Positions 11,207 to 23,025 of a DNA stretch of 64,000 nucleotides are shown here, in pieces. A program made the position numbers and the translations under genes. Under the pieces are notes generated by a model. That model was not told the origin of the DNA, did not search any database, and was given only the letters and a program-made list of their open reading frames with translations. Source of the stretch: Schmidtea polychroa (lineage: Eukaryota); NCBI GenBank assembly GCA_044892525.1, contig CM097885.1, positions 115,134,001 to 115,198,000 on the forward strand. The letters are read 5' to 3'. Position 1 is the stretch's first letter, and each line of letters begins with the position of its first letter.

Positions 11207-13601
11207 TTACTTCAACTCTACATCATCTTGTTGGTCTTTCCGTAATTGGCAAAAGTCTAAATCTTCCGCTACCATCAGACATATTCGTTGCATTTCGTGA
11301 TCCACTAAGTCTGGAAAAATAAATCTTGACATACAATCTGCATTTGCGTTTGCTCTTCCTGCTTTGAATTTTATGAATGGTGAATATTCCTGTAATTGCA
11401 TAGCCCATCGCATCAATCTACTGGAGGCTTCTTTGTGTTGTCCGAGCCATACTAATGGTTGATGATCTGTTGTTATACATATTTCATGTCCCCATAATAG
11501 ATATCGAAAATGCTTAATTGCCTGTATTATTGCTAATGCTTCCCTTTCTGTTACCGAGTAGTTTTTCTCATGTTTCTTGAACGTTCTGCTGTAGTAGCCG
11601 ATTACTCTCTCCTTACCTTCATCGTCTAGTTGTCCCAGTATTGCTCCGGCTGCATAACCACTTGCATCTGTCGCTAATAAAAACGGTTTCTTGAAATCTG
11701 GATGTACTAGTATTGGGGCTTCGATTAATTTATCTCGTAATGTTTCGAACGCCTTTTGTTGTTCTGCTCCTCAGATAAAGGAAATATCTTTTTTCACTAA
11801 TTCTTGGATAGGTTTCGCAATGCCTGCATAGTTTTTAATGAATTTACGATAATATCCGCCTAGTCCAAGAAATTCTTGAACTTGAGTGACGGTTTTCGGT
11901 GCTGGACAGGTTTTTATTTTTTTCTATATTTCTGGGATCTGGTTCTTTGCCTTTTGCTGACACTATGTGTCCTAGGAACGTAACCTTCTCTTTTGCCCAA
12001 TCACACTTTGATGGTTTGAGTTTCAATTTCCATTGCCTTAATCGGATGAACACATTTCTAATATCCTCCAAATGTTGTTCAAATGTTGCTGAATATATTA
12101 ATAGATCATCAATATATACCATACACTGCTTGATCCCGTGCGTGACAAAGTTCATGCATCTTTGAAATGATGCTGGGGCATTAGTTAATCCAAATGGCAT
12201 TTTCCTGAATTTGTATAGATCTCGTCCCAATGTGAATGCTGTTTTCTCCTTGTCCTCCTCTTTGACTTTGATCTGCCAATATCCGCTTTTCAGATCTAAA
12301 GATGTAAAATATGCGGCTCCCTGTAACATAAGCAACATCTCATTGATGTCTGGTAGCGGGTATGTGTCTCTTTTCGTTACCGCGTTGAGTTTTCGATAAT
12401 CGATACAGAATCTCTGCGTACCGTCTTTTTTCTTCACCATGACTACTGGAAATTTCCATGGTGAACAACTCGGTTCAATTACTTTTGCGTCTAACATCTT
12501 TTGCACTTCTGCTTCAGCTATTTCTTTTTGTTTTTCTGCTAGTTTGTATAAACGTAATGCGATTGGAGTTTCGTCTATCAACGGTATTGCGTGTAATGTA
12601 ACATCGCATGCTCCCAAATCCAAATCCGAAATGGCGAATATATCTTTATATTCTATCAATAATTGTTGAAGTTTTCCTTTTTCATTCTCTGTTAGCAAGG
12701 TACTATCGATTATCCATAATTCGTCAGTCTTCATGGTGTCGTTGATGATCTTTGGTAATTCAATGTCCATCATCGGTGTTAATCTACCCAATCTTTCATT
12801 CTCATATATGATCTTATCTTCTTCCTCGAAATTCGTGATGTTAATTGGTATTTCTCCTTCTTCATTTATTGTTATTATTTCTCTTGCCAATGGTAATTCT
12901 CGTCTTTTTTCGAATGATTTGCTTGGTTCGAATATGGCTTCTCCTTCCATTCCGGTATCTACTTTTATTTGACATATCATTTGTGATTTTGTTGGTACAA
13001 TTATTTTTTCCGGACATCTAATTATGGCTTTCATCTTGCATATTCTACCCAATTTGTCTTTTAGGCACATTGTTGTTAGATCGATTACCACTTCTTTGAA
13101 TAATTCCGGCATTAAGTCTGTTCCGATTATACAGGGTTCACTCAGTTTTGGTATTACCGCCAGATAGGTTTCGATTTCATTATCTTGATATCGCAACTTG
13201 GTCCGCCATCTTCCCACTACGTCTACTGTCTCTTTGCTGCATGCAATAATATGGATGGTTGTCTGTTCGATGTCTTTCCAATATTTACTGGGTATTTGAT
13301 TTATTGCTATTGCCGATACATTTGCTCCGGTATCTATCATTGCGCTCGTCTCTTTTCCATTAATTCGGATCATGACTGTTACGGCTGAGCCTCCTAGCGA
13401 ACTCATTACTGCTATCGTTCTTACGTCATCAGCTTGGTCTACGCTTTTGGTTCTTCGGGTTGGCATATAATTCATTCCTGGTTGACTTGGTAACTGTGGA
13501 TACATATTTGTGTCATGGTTAAAGCTGCTTGTGGTCCCACGATATCCGGTGGTATATAACTTCCATTGGCTATCCAAGTATTCGTCTTTTCTTTCTCCCA
13601 A
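11207..13601 (-). pseudogene. Protease - reverse transcriptase - RNase H
   Basis: IDTGANVS protease; RFCIDYRKLN, PFGLTNAP, VYIDD; TDASG, EREALAI, TDHQPL, NADCMSR. Frameshift ~11920, TGA 11771-11773, TAA 11207-11209. Confidence 0.96.
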
Positions 13602-15853
13602 TATGGTGCTGTTTCTATTTGCTTTTCGTGCGGGTTTCTACTTGGATATGGGTATTTATCATTTCCGTTATCATCGTCATCGCTATCGCTGCTGTTTGAG
13701 CGATTTCTAAATCTTTCCAGGAATTTTGGTTTGTTCTTCTTTAGTTGTGCTCTCGTGGCTTCGTCATACATTGTTTTCCGGAATCGTCTGCCAACTTCCT
13801 CGTCCGTTCCTTTTATTTTGGTTAATATTTTAATCAATCGTTTTATCCGATGAATGTCTTTTGAGTGGCCGTGTAACAGCATTGTTTTGGCTAAGAATGG
13901 TAGAAATCCCACTATCAATTTCCAATTCACTTTCTTCTCCCTCTTGTATATATCAAAACAAGCTAACATTTGAGTTAGGATTACTCTGACTATTTGAATT
14001 ATGAGTATGATTCCTAATATTCCGGCCATCATTTGTCCAAATACTAAAAATCTTCCCCACATTGCTTTCATCATTTTTGACGTGGCTTGTTGGAAATGAT
14101 CGGGTGACAATAATAGCTCATAATTTGGACCCGTTTGATAATTCGTTCCCCCGGTTATAGTTACCATATTTGACAATATTGACTCTCGTCTGACTGGAAA
14201 AAGTATGTTTAGCCGTGCTGTTTCTAGATCTTCTGGGGAATACATACCTCCGTTTGATACGTCAATGGGTTTGAAGACTTGTTCCGTGGCGAGTTCTATT
14301 AATCCAAACTTCTTGGGCTCCTCTGTTATGGATTTTACCGGTAACATTATCCATTTCCCATCGGGTCTTTCATACAATGGTCCGTACGCATTAGAACAGT
14401 TAAAGAGATTCGGGTAGAAACCCACTGGGTTCATAATTCTGGTGACTGGTTGGACGAATCGGTTTTGTCCTTTATAACGAATTTCTAATTCATTTGCACA
14501 TTTCCCTGATGGTATTGTGGGTTTTTCTGGCATTCGTGCATACGTCTTGGTACACTGATAGGTGTACATTACTTCTCCTACCATTCTTCCAAAATGTCCA
14601 TCTGGTAATGGAAGTGATGGCATCGTATTATCTGGATGCGTTATCGCGATAGCTAGTTTTGTTTTCAGTATCTCTTTATTCAATGAACAATCGTTTTGTA
14701 TCAGATCGTAATATACTTTTTGTAGTGTCGTTTGTCCACGATGAAATAAAAAATCCATTTTGTTGTTGGCGTATAGGTACAGTTTGACGTCTTCTGTGGC
14801 TATCTTTCCCACTGCTCTATCTATTATCTGCCTTGACATGTAGATGCCTGCGTAGTTAGTCTTGGATACTATACTATCGCATTTGGTGGTTTCCTTCTCC
14901 TTGATAAATCTCATGCCCAGGTCTGGATCGTCTGTGATTAGTGCCGTTGGTGTTTTCTGTGTTGAGAGTCTTTTTTCTCTGGGCGATGGTGGCACTGGTT
15001 TTCCGTTTCGCATGTGTACTTTCCCATTTCCATCTTCGTCGTCTTCGTTCTCATAAAATTCTCCCTTTACTTCATTGAACAAGGCACTTTTTAACAGTTG
15101 GAGTCGGCATTTTTGAGTGTTAGCTTCATATATTATGGTCGATACCCCCGTCTTGCATACGTTTTCCGTGGCTTTACATGTTGGGTTGGTTTTCATTTGA
15201 TAATTATTGGCGTCGAATTGTGCCTCGTATTCTTTTAATTCAACGGTGTAAGACTCGATCACTACTACCCCTGATATCACCTCTCCTCTGATCGTATATG
15301 CACCTCCGTTACATGATCCATCGCCTGCGTTTACACGTCCGGCTACATAAATACTTTCTGTTTTAATCATTCCGCTTTGTCCATGTTTTGTTACTCCGTT
15401 ATGCATTTTCATTGCTCCGGTTCTGAAGAGCTCCTTGCAGTCCTCTCTTTGTATGGATACTATTTCTTTATCTAATCCGGGTAGTATGAGATTTGAATAG
15501 GAATATTGTCCACAGTAATATGCGAGTACCCTTTTTGATACCACGCATTCCCTTGCTTGGGTCCTGATAAAATCCGATTCTTGATATACGTGGTATGTGA
15601 CCTTTCTATTTACTATGTCTAACTTGTTCGGCGATGCTTGTCTACATTCTTCTATATCTCTCAGTGAGTATTTGTCTCTCATTATCGAATTATCACAATC
15701 GTAAATTGTAAATCCACCTGCTCCGCTTGTACATAGCATCCATATCATCATGGTCATCATTAGTGAGTTAATTGACGCTTTTCTGCTGGCTGGGTCTTTT
15801 AATGGCAATTCCCATTCTAGTTCGTTTAGTAATTTCTTCAACCTGATTTGCAT
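13472..15853 (-). CDS. Envelope glycoprotein resembling chuvirus/Monjiviricetes class III fusion proteins
   Basis: Signal-like LMMTMMIWMLCTSGAGG, then TIYDC..YSLRDIEEC, ECVVSKRVLAYYCG, REDCKELFRTG, many conserved Cys, and TM anchor WGRFLVFGQMMAGILGIILII. Confidence 0.8.
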   Translation of the reverse strand: MQIRLKKLLNELEWELPLKDPASRKASINSLMMTMMIWMLCTSGAGGFTIYDCDNSIMRDKYSLRDIEECRQASPNKLDIVNRKVTYHVYQESDFIRTQARECVVSKRVLAYYCGQYSYSNLILPGLDKEIVSIQREDCKELFRTGAMKMHNGVTKHGQSGMIKTESIYVAGRVNAGDGSCNGGAYTIRGEVISGVVVIESYTVELKEYEAQFDANNYQMKTNPTCKATENVCKTGVSTIIYEANTQKCRLQLLKSALFNEVKGEFYENEDDEDGNGKVHMRNGKPVPPSPREKRLSTQKTPTALITDDPDLGMRFIKEKETTKCDSIVSKTNYAGIYMSRQIIDRAVGKIATEDVKLYLYANNKMDFLFHRGQTTLQKVYYDLIQNDCSLNKEILKTKLAIAITHPDNTMPSLPLPDGHFGRMVGEVMYTYQCTKTYARMPEKPTIPSGKCANELEIRYKGQNRFVQPVTRIMNPVGFYPNLFNCSNAYGPLYERPDGKWIMLPVKSITEEPKKFGLIELATEQVFKPIDVSNGGMYSPEDLETARLNILFPVRRESILSNMVTITGGTNYQTGPNYELLLSPDHFQQATSKMMKAMWGRFLVFGQMMAGILGIILIIQIVRVILTQMLACFDIYKREKKVNWKLIVGFLPFLAKTMLLHGHSKDIHRIKRLIKILTKIKGTDEEVGRRFRKTMYDEATRAQLKKNKPKFLERFRNRSNSSDSDDDDNGNDKYPYPSRNPHEKQIETAPYWEKEKTNTWIANGSYIPPDIVGPQAALTMTQICIHSYQVNQE

Positions 15854-15918
15854 TGATCTTTCTTGTTCGTTCTTTCGTGGGGCTTGTATCAGCCTTTTCC
15901 ATCCACCGGCGTGGATAA

Positions 15919-18900
15919 TAGGGTGGGTCGAATGTTAATAAATTTTGAGTTCAAGAAAGGAAACATGGTTAAAAAGTTGTATTTTGGTATAGAAAAATCG
16001 AATCAAACCATTTTACTTAGATTTATGAACATTTACTGCTCCCAACTTTTCTCCGAAAATGCAGTTCAACATAAGTGTGAAAACAATGTAATTTGGCTAG
16101 TGTCGGAATGTGTTTTGCGCCTTTGTCCATATTTAGATGTAGCTTTCTTAAGAGCTTATAAGTATATTATTTACTCTCTTGGGCTGAGATAGTATATTCT
16201 GTGTCCTCATCCCGCATTGAAATATATCCTGACAACGTCAGTGATTAGGAAGGGCCAAATTTGAATTATCCTTTTCAAAGACAAAAATCAACTTTCGAAA
16301 TTATTTTTTATTAAAAACATCCAGCCAAAAGTTTAGAAATGTATTAGCGAGGGCATAAAAAGAAGTCACATGAAATCAGCTTTGCTTTGCACCTTGGGCA
16401 ATTCCTTCCTTGATTTTTTACACAGTAGTACCATACCATGTCTGGACTTGTGACCAAACACTTTGCAACTGGCAGAAGAAACATCTTTGATGGCTCTTTC
16501 AACGGCTTGAGAATGACAGGGAAATTGTTCTAATGTAATTTTCTTATTCATCTTCAATTCATGATCCAATATATGAGATAAAAGAGGGGGAGGCGTCAAA
16601 TTACATTTTGTCCAGTCAATCATGTCAACATATGATGTAGCAGACGACTGAAGAAAGACAGTATTCTTGTCCATAGTGCGAATCACTTCGGAAGGGAGAA
16701 AATTTTTTCTTGCAGTTATGATTTTTTCTGTTGCAAACTTTCTGATTTCTTCATCATCATCACCAACAGCAGCTAGGAGTATATTTTCTGGATGTGAGAA
16801 GTAATTGTTGTTCTGAATGACAGGAAAGATGATTTCTTGGTCTGATGGATCCAAATCCTGCAGAAGTTGGAGCATATAAAAAATATTTCTTGCACCATCT
16901 TGGCATGACGAGTGAGTCTTTATATAAAACCATGACGGTCCATAGAAATTGACAATAAATTTCACTATTCGCATGAGAGGTTCAGATGGAGCAGTTTCGG
17001 ACATATATAGTCGCAGAATTATATTAGCTTTCGTTAGCCAGCGACTGTGATTCAAATTTCCTGGTTGTGCCATTTGTAGAAAAGGGACATCCTTGTTGTT
17101 GTGGTACCCTTTCTGGACTGCCAAGCATACTCTGAGGAAATACAATTGATCAGTGTTCAATTCTTTCTTGACATTTTCACTAATATCTACGACCTTTCCA
17201 GGAAGGGACATAAAGGCTACTACGGGCTTGTCTTTTGGATCAAAATCAAGAACGCTTCCTATTTCACCACATGACGTTTTTGGACCTTTTGTTTCTCCAC
17301 CATCGACGACTGAAAAATACTTCCTGAATGGCAATTCATTTGCATGCAACAAGCATATCAGCCATTGTAGAGGTCGCCCTAGGCTTTTTTCGAGTCTTCT
17401 GATTATTCCATTATTTTTTCCGGTGTTTGTATTGGTTGCATCGCACACAATTGCTTGAAGGGTCAGTGAGGACTGCGTGCTAACGATGATTGACATGATT
17501 TCTTTGCCAATATCCACAGCTTTACTACTTTGAGGTACAACATGATCGATATATGTATCCCCTGGAAAGGCGACAATCACATAATGCTCCTCTTTTAGGA
17601 TCCTTCTATGAAGTAAGGTGGAATCTTGTTTCCCGTCGAAACCGAGGTAAATCAAGTTTTTCGCTTCTGCTGAATGCTGTTCAATTTCTCTCTCCCTCCA
17701 GTACTTTCTCTGACGCCGTAATTTTGCGGGATCGATGATTGTTTGAGAGGATAACAGTTCCATATCTTTCAGAAAAGCGTTTACTAGCAAACACGTGTCT
17801 CTGTTGCTCACACTACATCTGTCAACAGCTTTACTTAATTCAGGATAATGTCTTCTATTTTGAAATTCATCACATTCTTCTACGCTTGACTCTGAGCTTT
17901 CTGTTGAATTGTCTAACTTATCTTTACTTTCATCACTAGCGGCTTTACTCTCCGTGTCACTTCTTGAGGTCGGATGTAGATCGTTAACTTCAGTGTCCAT
18001 TATTTCATTTTTCATTTGTTTTCCTTTTCCTGTAGGGCTGCTTTTCGTTTGTTTTCTCTTCAATTTTGAGGTTTCCTGTCTGTCCGTATTTCCGATTTTC
18101 ATGTTTCTGGTAGTTTGTTGGTCAATCCAGAACTCCCACTCTAAGGTAGGAATTTTCAAGGCCAACCGGCATGTACACTGACTTCTTCCACGAGCACCAT
18201 CATTAAAACATTTGCAGCAACATATGTCAAACAATTTGGAAAACGAGCTTAACTTATCTTGAAATTTGGCAGATGACCTCTTGCATTCTGGATACTTCTC
18301 TAATTCACGCACTTTTGATATTAGTCGCTTGACACGAACCACAATACTACTGAACTCAACAGTTGGGATACTTGCCTTCATATAAATTTCCTTCACCTTA
18401 TTTGCGAGAAGAGTTGCTTGTTCGTTAAAGCCAGTATGAAATTGCGTACATTTCTCATTGTAACAGTAATCACGAAACACATCTTCACAAGTAGGTAATT
18501 GGTTTCTGGGTAGTTCACAAGTTTGACCAAACAGACAATGACGTGATTTATTTCTTGTTTTGCGAAATTGCTTATTTCTCTGTCCCTTCATAACTGCTCT
18601 TCTGTACTCAGCTCTGGCAAAATAAAAGTGAATCATCAAGTTAACTTTTTTAATTAGGTCCAGCAAACACTTGACATCCAATCGAAACAAATTAAATTAT
18701 CTGAGTTTAGACTGACTAGTAGTATCCATGTGGATTATATGTTGACTGTAGTATGTGTGTTAGTATTGTTCAGAAGAAATTGTCTTTGTGAGTGCTTGTG
18801 TGAAGGTGCTTCCGTGAATTAACCTCTCTATACATGCACGCGTTAGCTTGGACTTGTGAATAGAGCATATCAAAAATGGTCTTTCTGCAAGCGTGTGACT

Positions 18901-19089
18901 GCTTGCAGGATGAGTTTACAATGGCACGTGTGCGAGCATTTTTACTGGGATAGTACTAATACATACAAACAAAAGTTGGGACCTGTAAACCCTTTTAAAC
19001 AGCAGTCTTTTGCAGGGATATTTCATTTTCTAGCATAAGCACAACTTTTTAGGCATGTTTGGAGAAAAAAAAAATTTCGACCCACCCTA
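15919..19089 (-). mobile_element. hAT-superfamily DNA transposon (probably hATm-like) nested in the LTR element
   Basis: 14-bp TIR TAGGGTGGGTCGAA; 8-bp TSD GTGGATAA at 15911-15918 and 19090-19097. Confidence 0.88.
16366..18690 (-). CDS. DDE transposase, apparently intact
   Basis: FDGKQD, VCDATNTNTG, WLICLLHANELP (CxxH), HSRWLT, YFSHPEN, PCHSQAVER. Confidence 0.9.
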   Translation of the reverse strand: MFRLDVKCLLDLIKKVNLMIHFYFARAEYRRAVMKGQRNKQFRKTRNKSRHCLFGQTCELPRNQLPTCEDVFRDYCYNEKCTQFHTGFNEQATLLANKVKEIYMKASIPTVEFSSIVVRVKRLISKVRELEKYPECKRSSAKFQDKLSSFSKLFDICCCKCFNDGARGRSQCTCRLALKIPTLEWEFWIDQQTTRNMKIGNTDRQETSKLKRKQTKSSPTGKGKQMKNEIMDTEVNDLHPTSRSDTESKAASDESKDKLDNSTESSESSVEECDEFQNRRHYPELSKAVDRCSVSNRDTCLLVNAFLKDMELLSSQTIIDPAKLRRQRKYWREREIEQHSAEAKNLIYLGFDGKQDSTLLHRRILKEEHYVIVAFPGDTYIDHVVPQSSKAVDIGKEIMSIIVSTQSSLTLQAIVCDATNTNTGKNNGIIRRLEKSLGRPLQWLICLLHANELPFRKYFSVVDGGETKGPKTSCGEIGSVLDFDPKDKPVVAFMSLPGKVVDISENVKKELNTDQLYFLRVCLAVQKGYHNNKDVPFLQMAQPGNLNHSRWLTKANIILRLYMSETAPSEPLMRIVKFIVNFYGPSWFYIKTHSSCQDGARNIFYMLQLLQDLDPSDQEIIFPVIQNNNYFSHPENILLAAVGDDDEEIRKFATEKIITARKNFLPSEVIRTMDKNTVFLQSSATSYVDMIDWTKCNLTPPPLLSHILDHELKMNKKITLEQFPCHSQAVERAIKDVSSASCKVFGHKSRHGMVLLCKKSRKELPKVQSKADFM

Positions 19090-21216
19090 GTGGATAATGT
19101 GTGGTTCAATTGTATTTTCGATGATTGTAACTGTCATTTCTACATGATTTGCGAATTGTTTGTTTGGTATCTTCCTTGCAGCTAATCCCATCAAATTGTA
19201 CATTAAATACGTTAGCACTACTAGATGATGTTCATCGTTGTTTGCGTTTAAAGTCAATTGCTCGATCATTCTACTTGTCTCTTCCCAATCTGTTTTAGCG
19301 GTCTTTGTTTTCTCTTTGATTAATTTCGGAATTATTCCGGATATTGCATTCCACAGTTGTCTGGCTTCTACACTCGCTACTTTCCGTTGCCATAGTCGTC
19401 TCAACTGTGGATTGGTTATTATTAGCATATCCTTTACTAACTCCCGTATCCATTTTTCACCTCTTTCGATTGTTGGCTGGGTTTCTTTTAGATCCCACAC
19501 TATTTTGTCCAGTTTTTCTAATCTGGCTTGCCCTTGTTCTTGTTTTAATTGTTCTCTGGTTTTGAATTCGGGGTTTTCGCCTTGCTTCTTGGGTCTTCCT
19601 TTTACCCGTTTCTCCATCATTGTTCCGGCTTCTCTCGTCATTTCGTAACTCGGGTTTCTCTCATTATCCGTTCTCGGCAATGAGCTATCATTGTTTCTCA
19701 GCCATTCATTCCATTCATCTATAATTTTGTCATTTTTCCCCTCCGTTGGCAGCTTGGTTGGTTCTTGTAATCTCTTTATTTGTTCATCCGTTTCAGTTTC
19801 TGTTGTATTATCCATAATTTCCTCAATACTCAGTTTATTTGGTAGTTGATAACTAGTGGATGGTTGGTTTGTTGTCCATGTTTCTGCTCCTGTCGGCCAT
19901 CTCACTAGAATTGGCGATCTTTCTCCAGCTTCTTCGTCACTATCTTCCAATATGATCTCCTCGATCTCTTCAGTTTCATTTGATTTGCTTGGCACGTTGT
20001 CAGGGCTTGGTGTACTCAAGCTACCTTTCGTGGGTTTGCTGGATTTGGTTTTCCTTTTGATTGGTTTTCCCAATGTTTCTGCCATTGTCAATACATTGAT
20101 TTCCCCCAGTCTCATGGGTGTTATTCCGACGTCTGCATTATCATCTAATGATTTTCCTTGCAGTTGTAGATGGAAAGGAGTTTCATATGCTAATTTCTTT
20201 TTTAATTCTCGGATTTTTGTGGTTGGATGCACCTCTACTTCCTCGACATTTTTATCTGGGTATTTAATTCGAATTCGATATCTTTCTTGGGTGTCTTATG
20301 ACCATTCATGGGTTCGCCATTTCCCGATGATTTGCTCCAATTGTTCCGGGTACCATTCGTTGTACTGTCGGTATTCTTCTATAGTCTTTACTATTTCTCT
20401 CAGATAGTGGATGTTGTCTGATACTTTTAGAATGAAGTTAGCCAATGCTATTACTTGTCGTTTTTGATTTTTCACTCCCATTATTAAGATATCACCTAAT
20501 TGTTTATATCTTTCTCTCTCTTCTCGATCTCTTGCTTCTATCGCTTCTTCACTGTCCATATCGGCATATTCACGTTCCTTCTTTCTCATTGCATGAATGT
20601 GTCTGGTTTCCGTTTCGCTTTCGGACGTGACATCTGTTTCACTTTCGTCATCTGATTCCGGTTCTATTTTGTCTTCTTCGTATTTCGGAGGTTCATCTTC
20701 CTCTTCTTCTGACTCACTTTCTATCTCACCGATGTCGGTTTCTACGAAAATTCCTTTCCTAATTTCCCATTCTTTATTTTCTGCATTCCACATCCAAGGG
20801 GTTCGTCTGCAAGATCTAGTACTCAGTTTCTTTATTTTCCCTTGTAGTTCTTTTTCGTTTAGCCACTGTTGATGCATTTCAATTATCTCTACTGATTTTT
20901 GGTATAGCGTTTTCATCCTATCTCGTATCTCTTTCTGGTAGGTCACATCTCTTGTGCGAAATTCATCCATGGGTAATATCCTGATTATTTGATGATTATC
21001 CCACATGCCCATTTCGCTTAACGAGGTGTCGTCCTCAGCTCGTAATATTATTTTGTCGTACATCATGACTACATCATCTATCATACCGTCGCTACTTTCA
21101 CTTCGTACCTTTTCCGTTATCTCTTGGTTTATCTTTGCTACCAAGTCATCCACCGTACTCTGGTTGCTCATTTTTATTCGTCGCTTCTCCTCGTTCGGCA
21201 ACCATATGGTTATTTC
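19090..21216 (-). pseudogene. Gag extension, part 2: ubiquitin-like domains 2 and 3, acidic repeat, Bcl-2-like region
   Basis: The 20296-21201 and 19087-20232 ORFs share a frame across one TAA and rejoin the flanking ORFs when the insertions are removed. Confidence 0.7.
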
Positions 21217-21624
21217 TAAAAAAAAAAAAAAAAAATCAAATTTTATTTTAATAAACCATCAGGCCCATCGGGCATAAGGGGAGATATTCTCGACCCTTTG
21301 AAATCTAAAGCTTTTTTTTCTGTTAACTGGCGAACGCTGAGCAGGTGCTCAAGCGTTAAACGAGAGGTCTGATTGGTTGATGTTGAAGCTTCTTGAGACA
21401 AGCTCCACTTTCATATAATAAAGATATTTTGGGTATAAATAAGGTTATGCATGGATATACAGTATTATATATAGGATATAGTTGGTGAGTTTTTGGTAGT
21501 TCAGAAGAATAGTGGGTAGACGAGGTGGGAGGTACAGGTACTACAGTGTGAGGTAAAGGGTTAGAGGTTGGAAGACATATGGTAGGGGTTTAATAGTATG
21601 TTAGGTGTGAAGGTTTTGGGTGAA

Positions 21625-21830
21625 GAGGTTGATGGAAGTTAGAGGTTGGAATGTAGAGGTTGGAATGTAGAGGTTGGAATGTAGAGGTTGGAAGGTAGAG
21701 GTTGGAAGGTAGAGGTTGGAAGGTAGAGGTTGGAAGGTAGAGGTTTGAAGGTAGAGGTTGGACGGTAGAGTTTGGACGGTAGAGGTTGGAGGGCATAGTA
21801 TTGAAAGGTAGAGGTTTGAGAGTAGGTTGT
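21625..21830. repeat. 14-bp minisatellite (tagaggttggaagg)n in the LINE 3' UTR
   Basis: About 12 tandem copies visible. Confidence 0.9.
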
Positions 21831-21999
21831 AGGGTGAAGGTTTCTTAAGGCTATTTAAAGATACGGTATAGGCGGGTAGAAGTGGGAGAGTAGAGGTTGA
21901 AGGATAGGTGAAAGGTTGTTTTAATTATTGTTTTTTTTTTAAATATTAAATATAAATAAGCAAATATAGGAATGAGGCAACACAAGAAAAGAGACGCTT

Positions 22000-22660
22000 G
22001 ACTGTTCAGGGTTGGTTGGGTTGACGCTTGACTGGTCAGAATTGCCGGATTGGTCATTCACAGTTAAAAACACATATAACAAAAGAGACTGGCTGGGTTG
22101 AATGGGTTGACGCTTGTCTGGTCGGGATTGCCGGATTGCTCATTCACAGTTAAAAAACATATATAACAAAAGAGACTGGCTGGGTGTAATGTGTTGACGC
22201 TTGACTGGCCAGGATTGCCGGGTTGATCATTCACAGTTAAAAAACATATATAACAGAAGAGACTGGTTGGGTTGGTTGGGTTGACGCTTGACTGGTCAGA
22301 ATTGCCGGATTGGTCATTCACAGTTAAAAACACATATAACAAAAGAGACTGGCTGGGTTGAATGGGTTGACGCTTGTCTGGTCGGGATTGCCGGATTGCT
22401 CATTCACAGTTAAAAAACATATATAACAAAAGAGACTGGCTGGGTTGAATGTGTTGACGCTTGTCTGGTCGGGATTGCCGGATTGCTCATTCACAGTTAA
22501 AAAACATATATAACAAAAGAGACTGGCTGGGTTGAATGTGTTGACGCTTGATGGCTGGGTTGGTTGGGTTGGCGCTTGACTGGCCAGGATTGCTGACTGT
22601 GTTGGTTGGGTTGAGGCTTGACTGGTCAGGATTGCCGGATTGATCAGTCACAGTTAAAAG
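22000..22660. repeat. 86-87-bp tandem repeat in the LINE 3' UTR
   Basis: ttgacgcttg recurs at about 22021, 22107, 22194, 22281, 22367, 22454, 22541. Confidence 0.9.
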
Positions 22661-22808
22661 CACATTGATGGGCAGGTGTCCAGTATGTCCTTGTATCATT
22701 GGGTATTCAACACGGTGGGTCCTTTCTATTAAATAAGTCGGTTGCCCGAGGAGGTGCATGGTATAGAATAATGGATATATTGTTTTTATTATTGTAATCG
22801 TTATTATT

Positions 22809-23025
22809 NNNNNNNNNNNNNNNNNNNNNNNNNNNNNNNNNNNNNNNNNNNNNNNNNNNNNNNNNNNNNNNNNNNNNNNNNNNNNNNNNNNNNNNNNNNN
22901 NNNNNNNNNNNNNNNNNNNNNNNNNNNNNNNNNNNNNNNNNNNNNNNNNNNNNNNNNNNNNNNNNNNNNNNNNNNNNNNNNNNNNNNNNNNNNNNNNNNN
23001 NNNNNNNNNNNNNNNNNNNNNNNNN
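22809..23025. other. Assembly gap (217 N)
   Basis: Run of N. Confidence 1.

Noticed and set aside
21203-21212. Target flank TAACCATATG resembles the R2 28S site TAGCCAAATG (8/10)
   Set aside because: Short post-hoc match; the upstream flank does not match, and the endonuclease looks NeSL-type rather than R2.
22000-22660. Tandem array as a CRISPR
   Set aside because: Eukaryotic context; units are contiguous repeats with no unique spacers and no cas genes.
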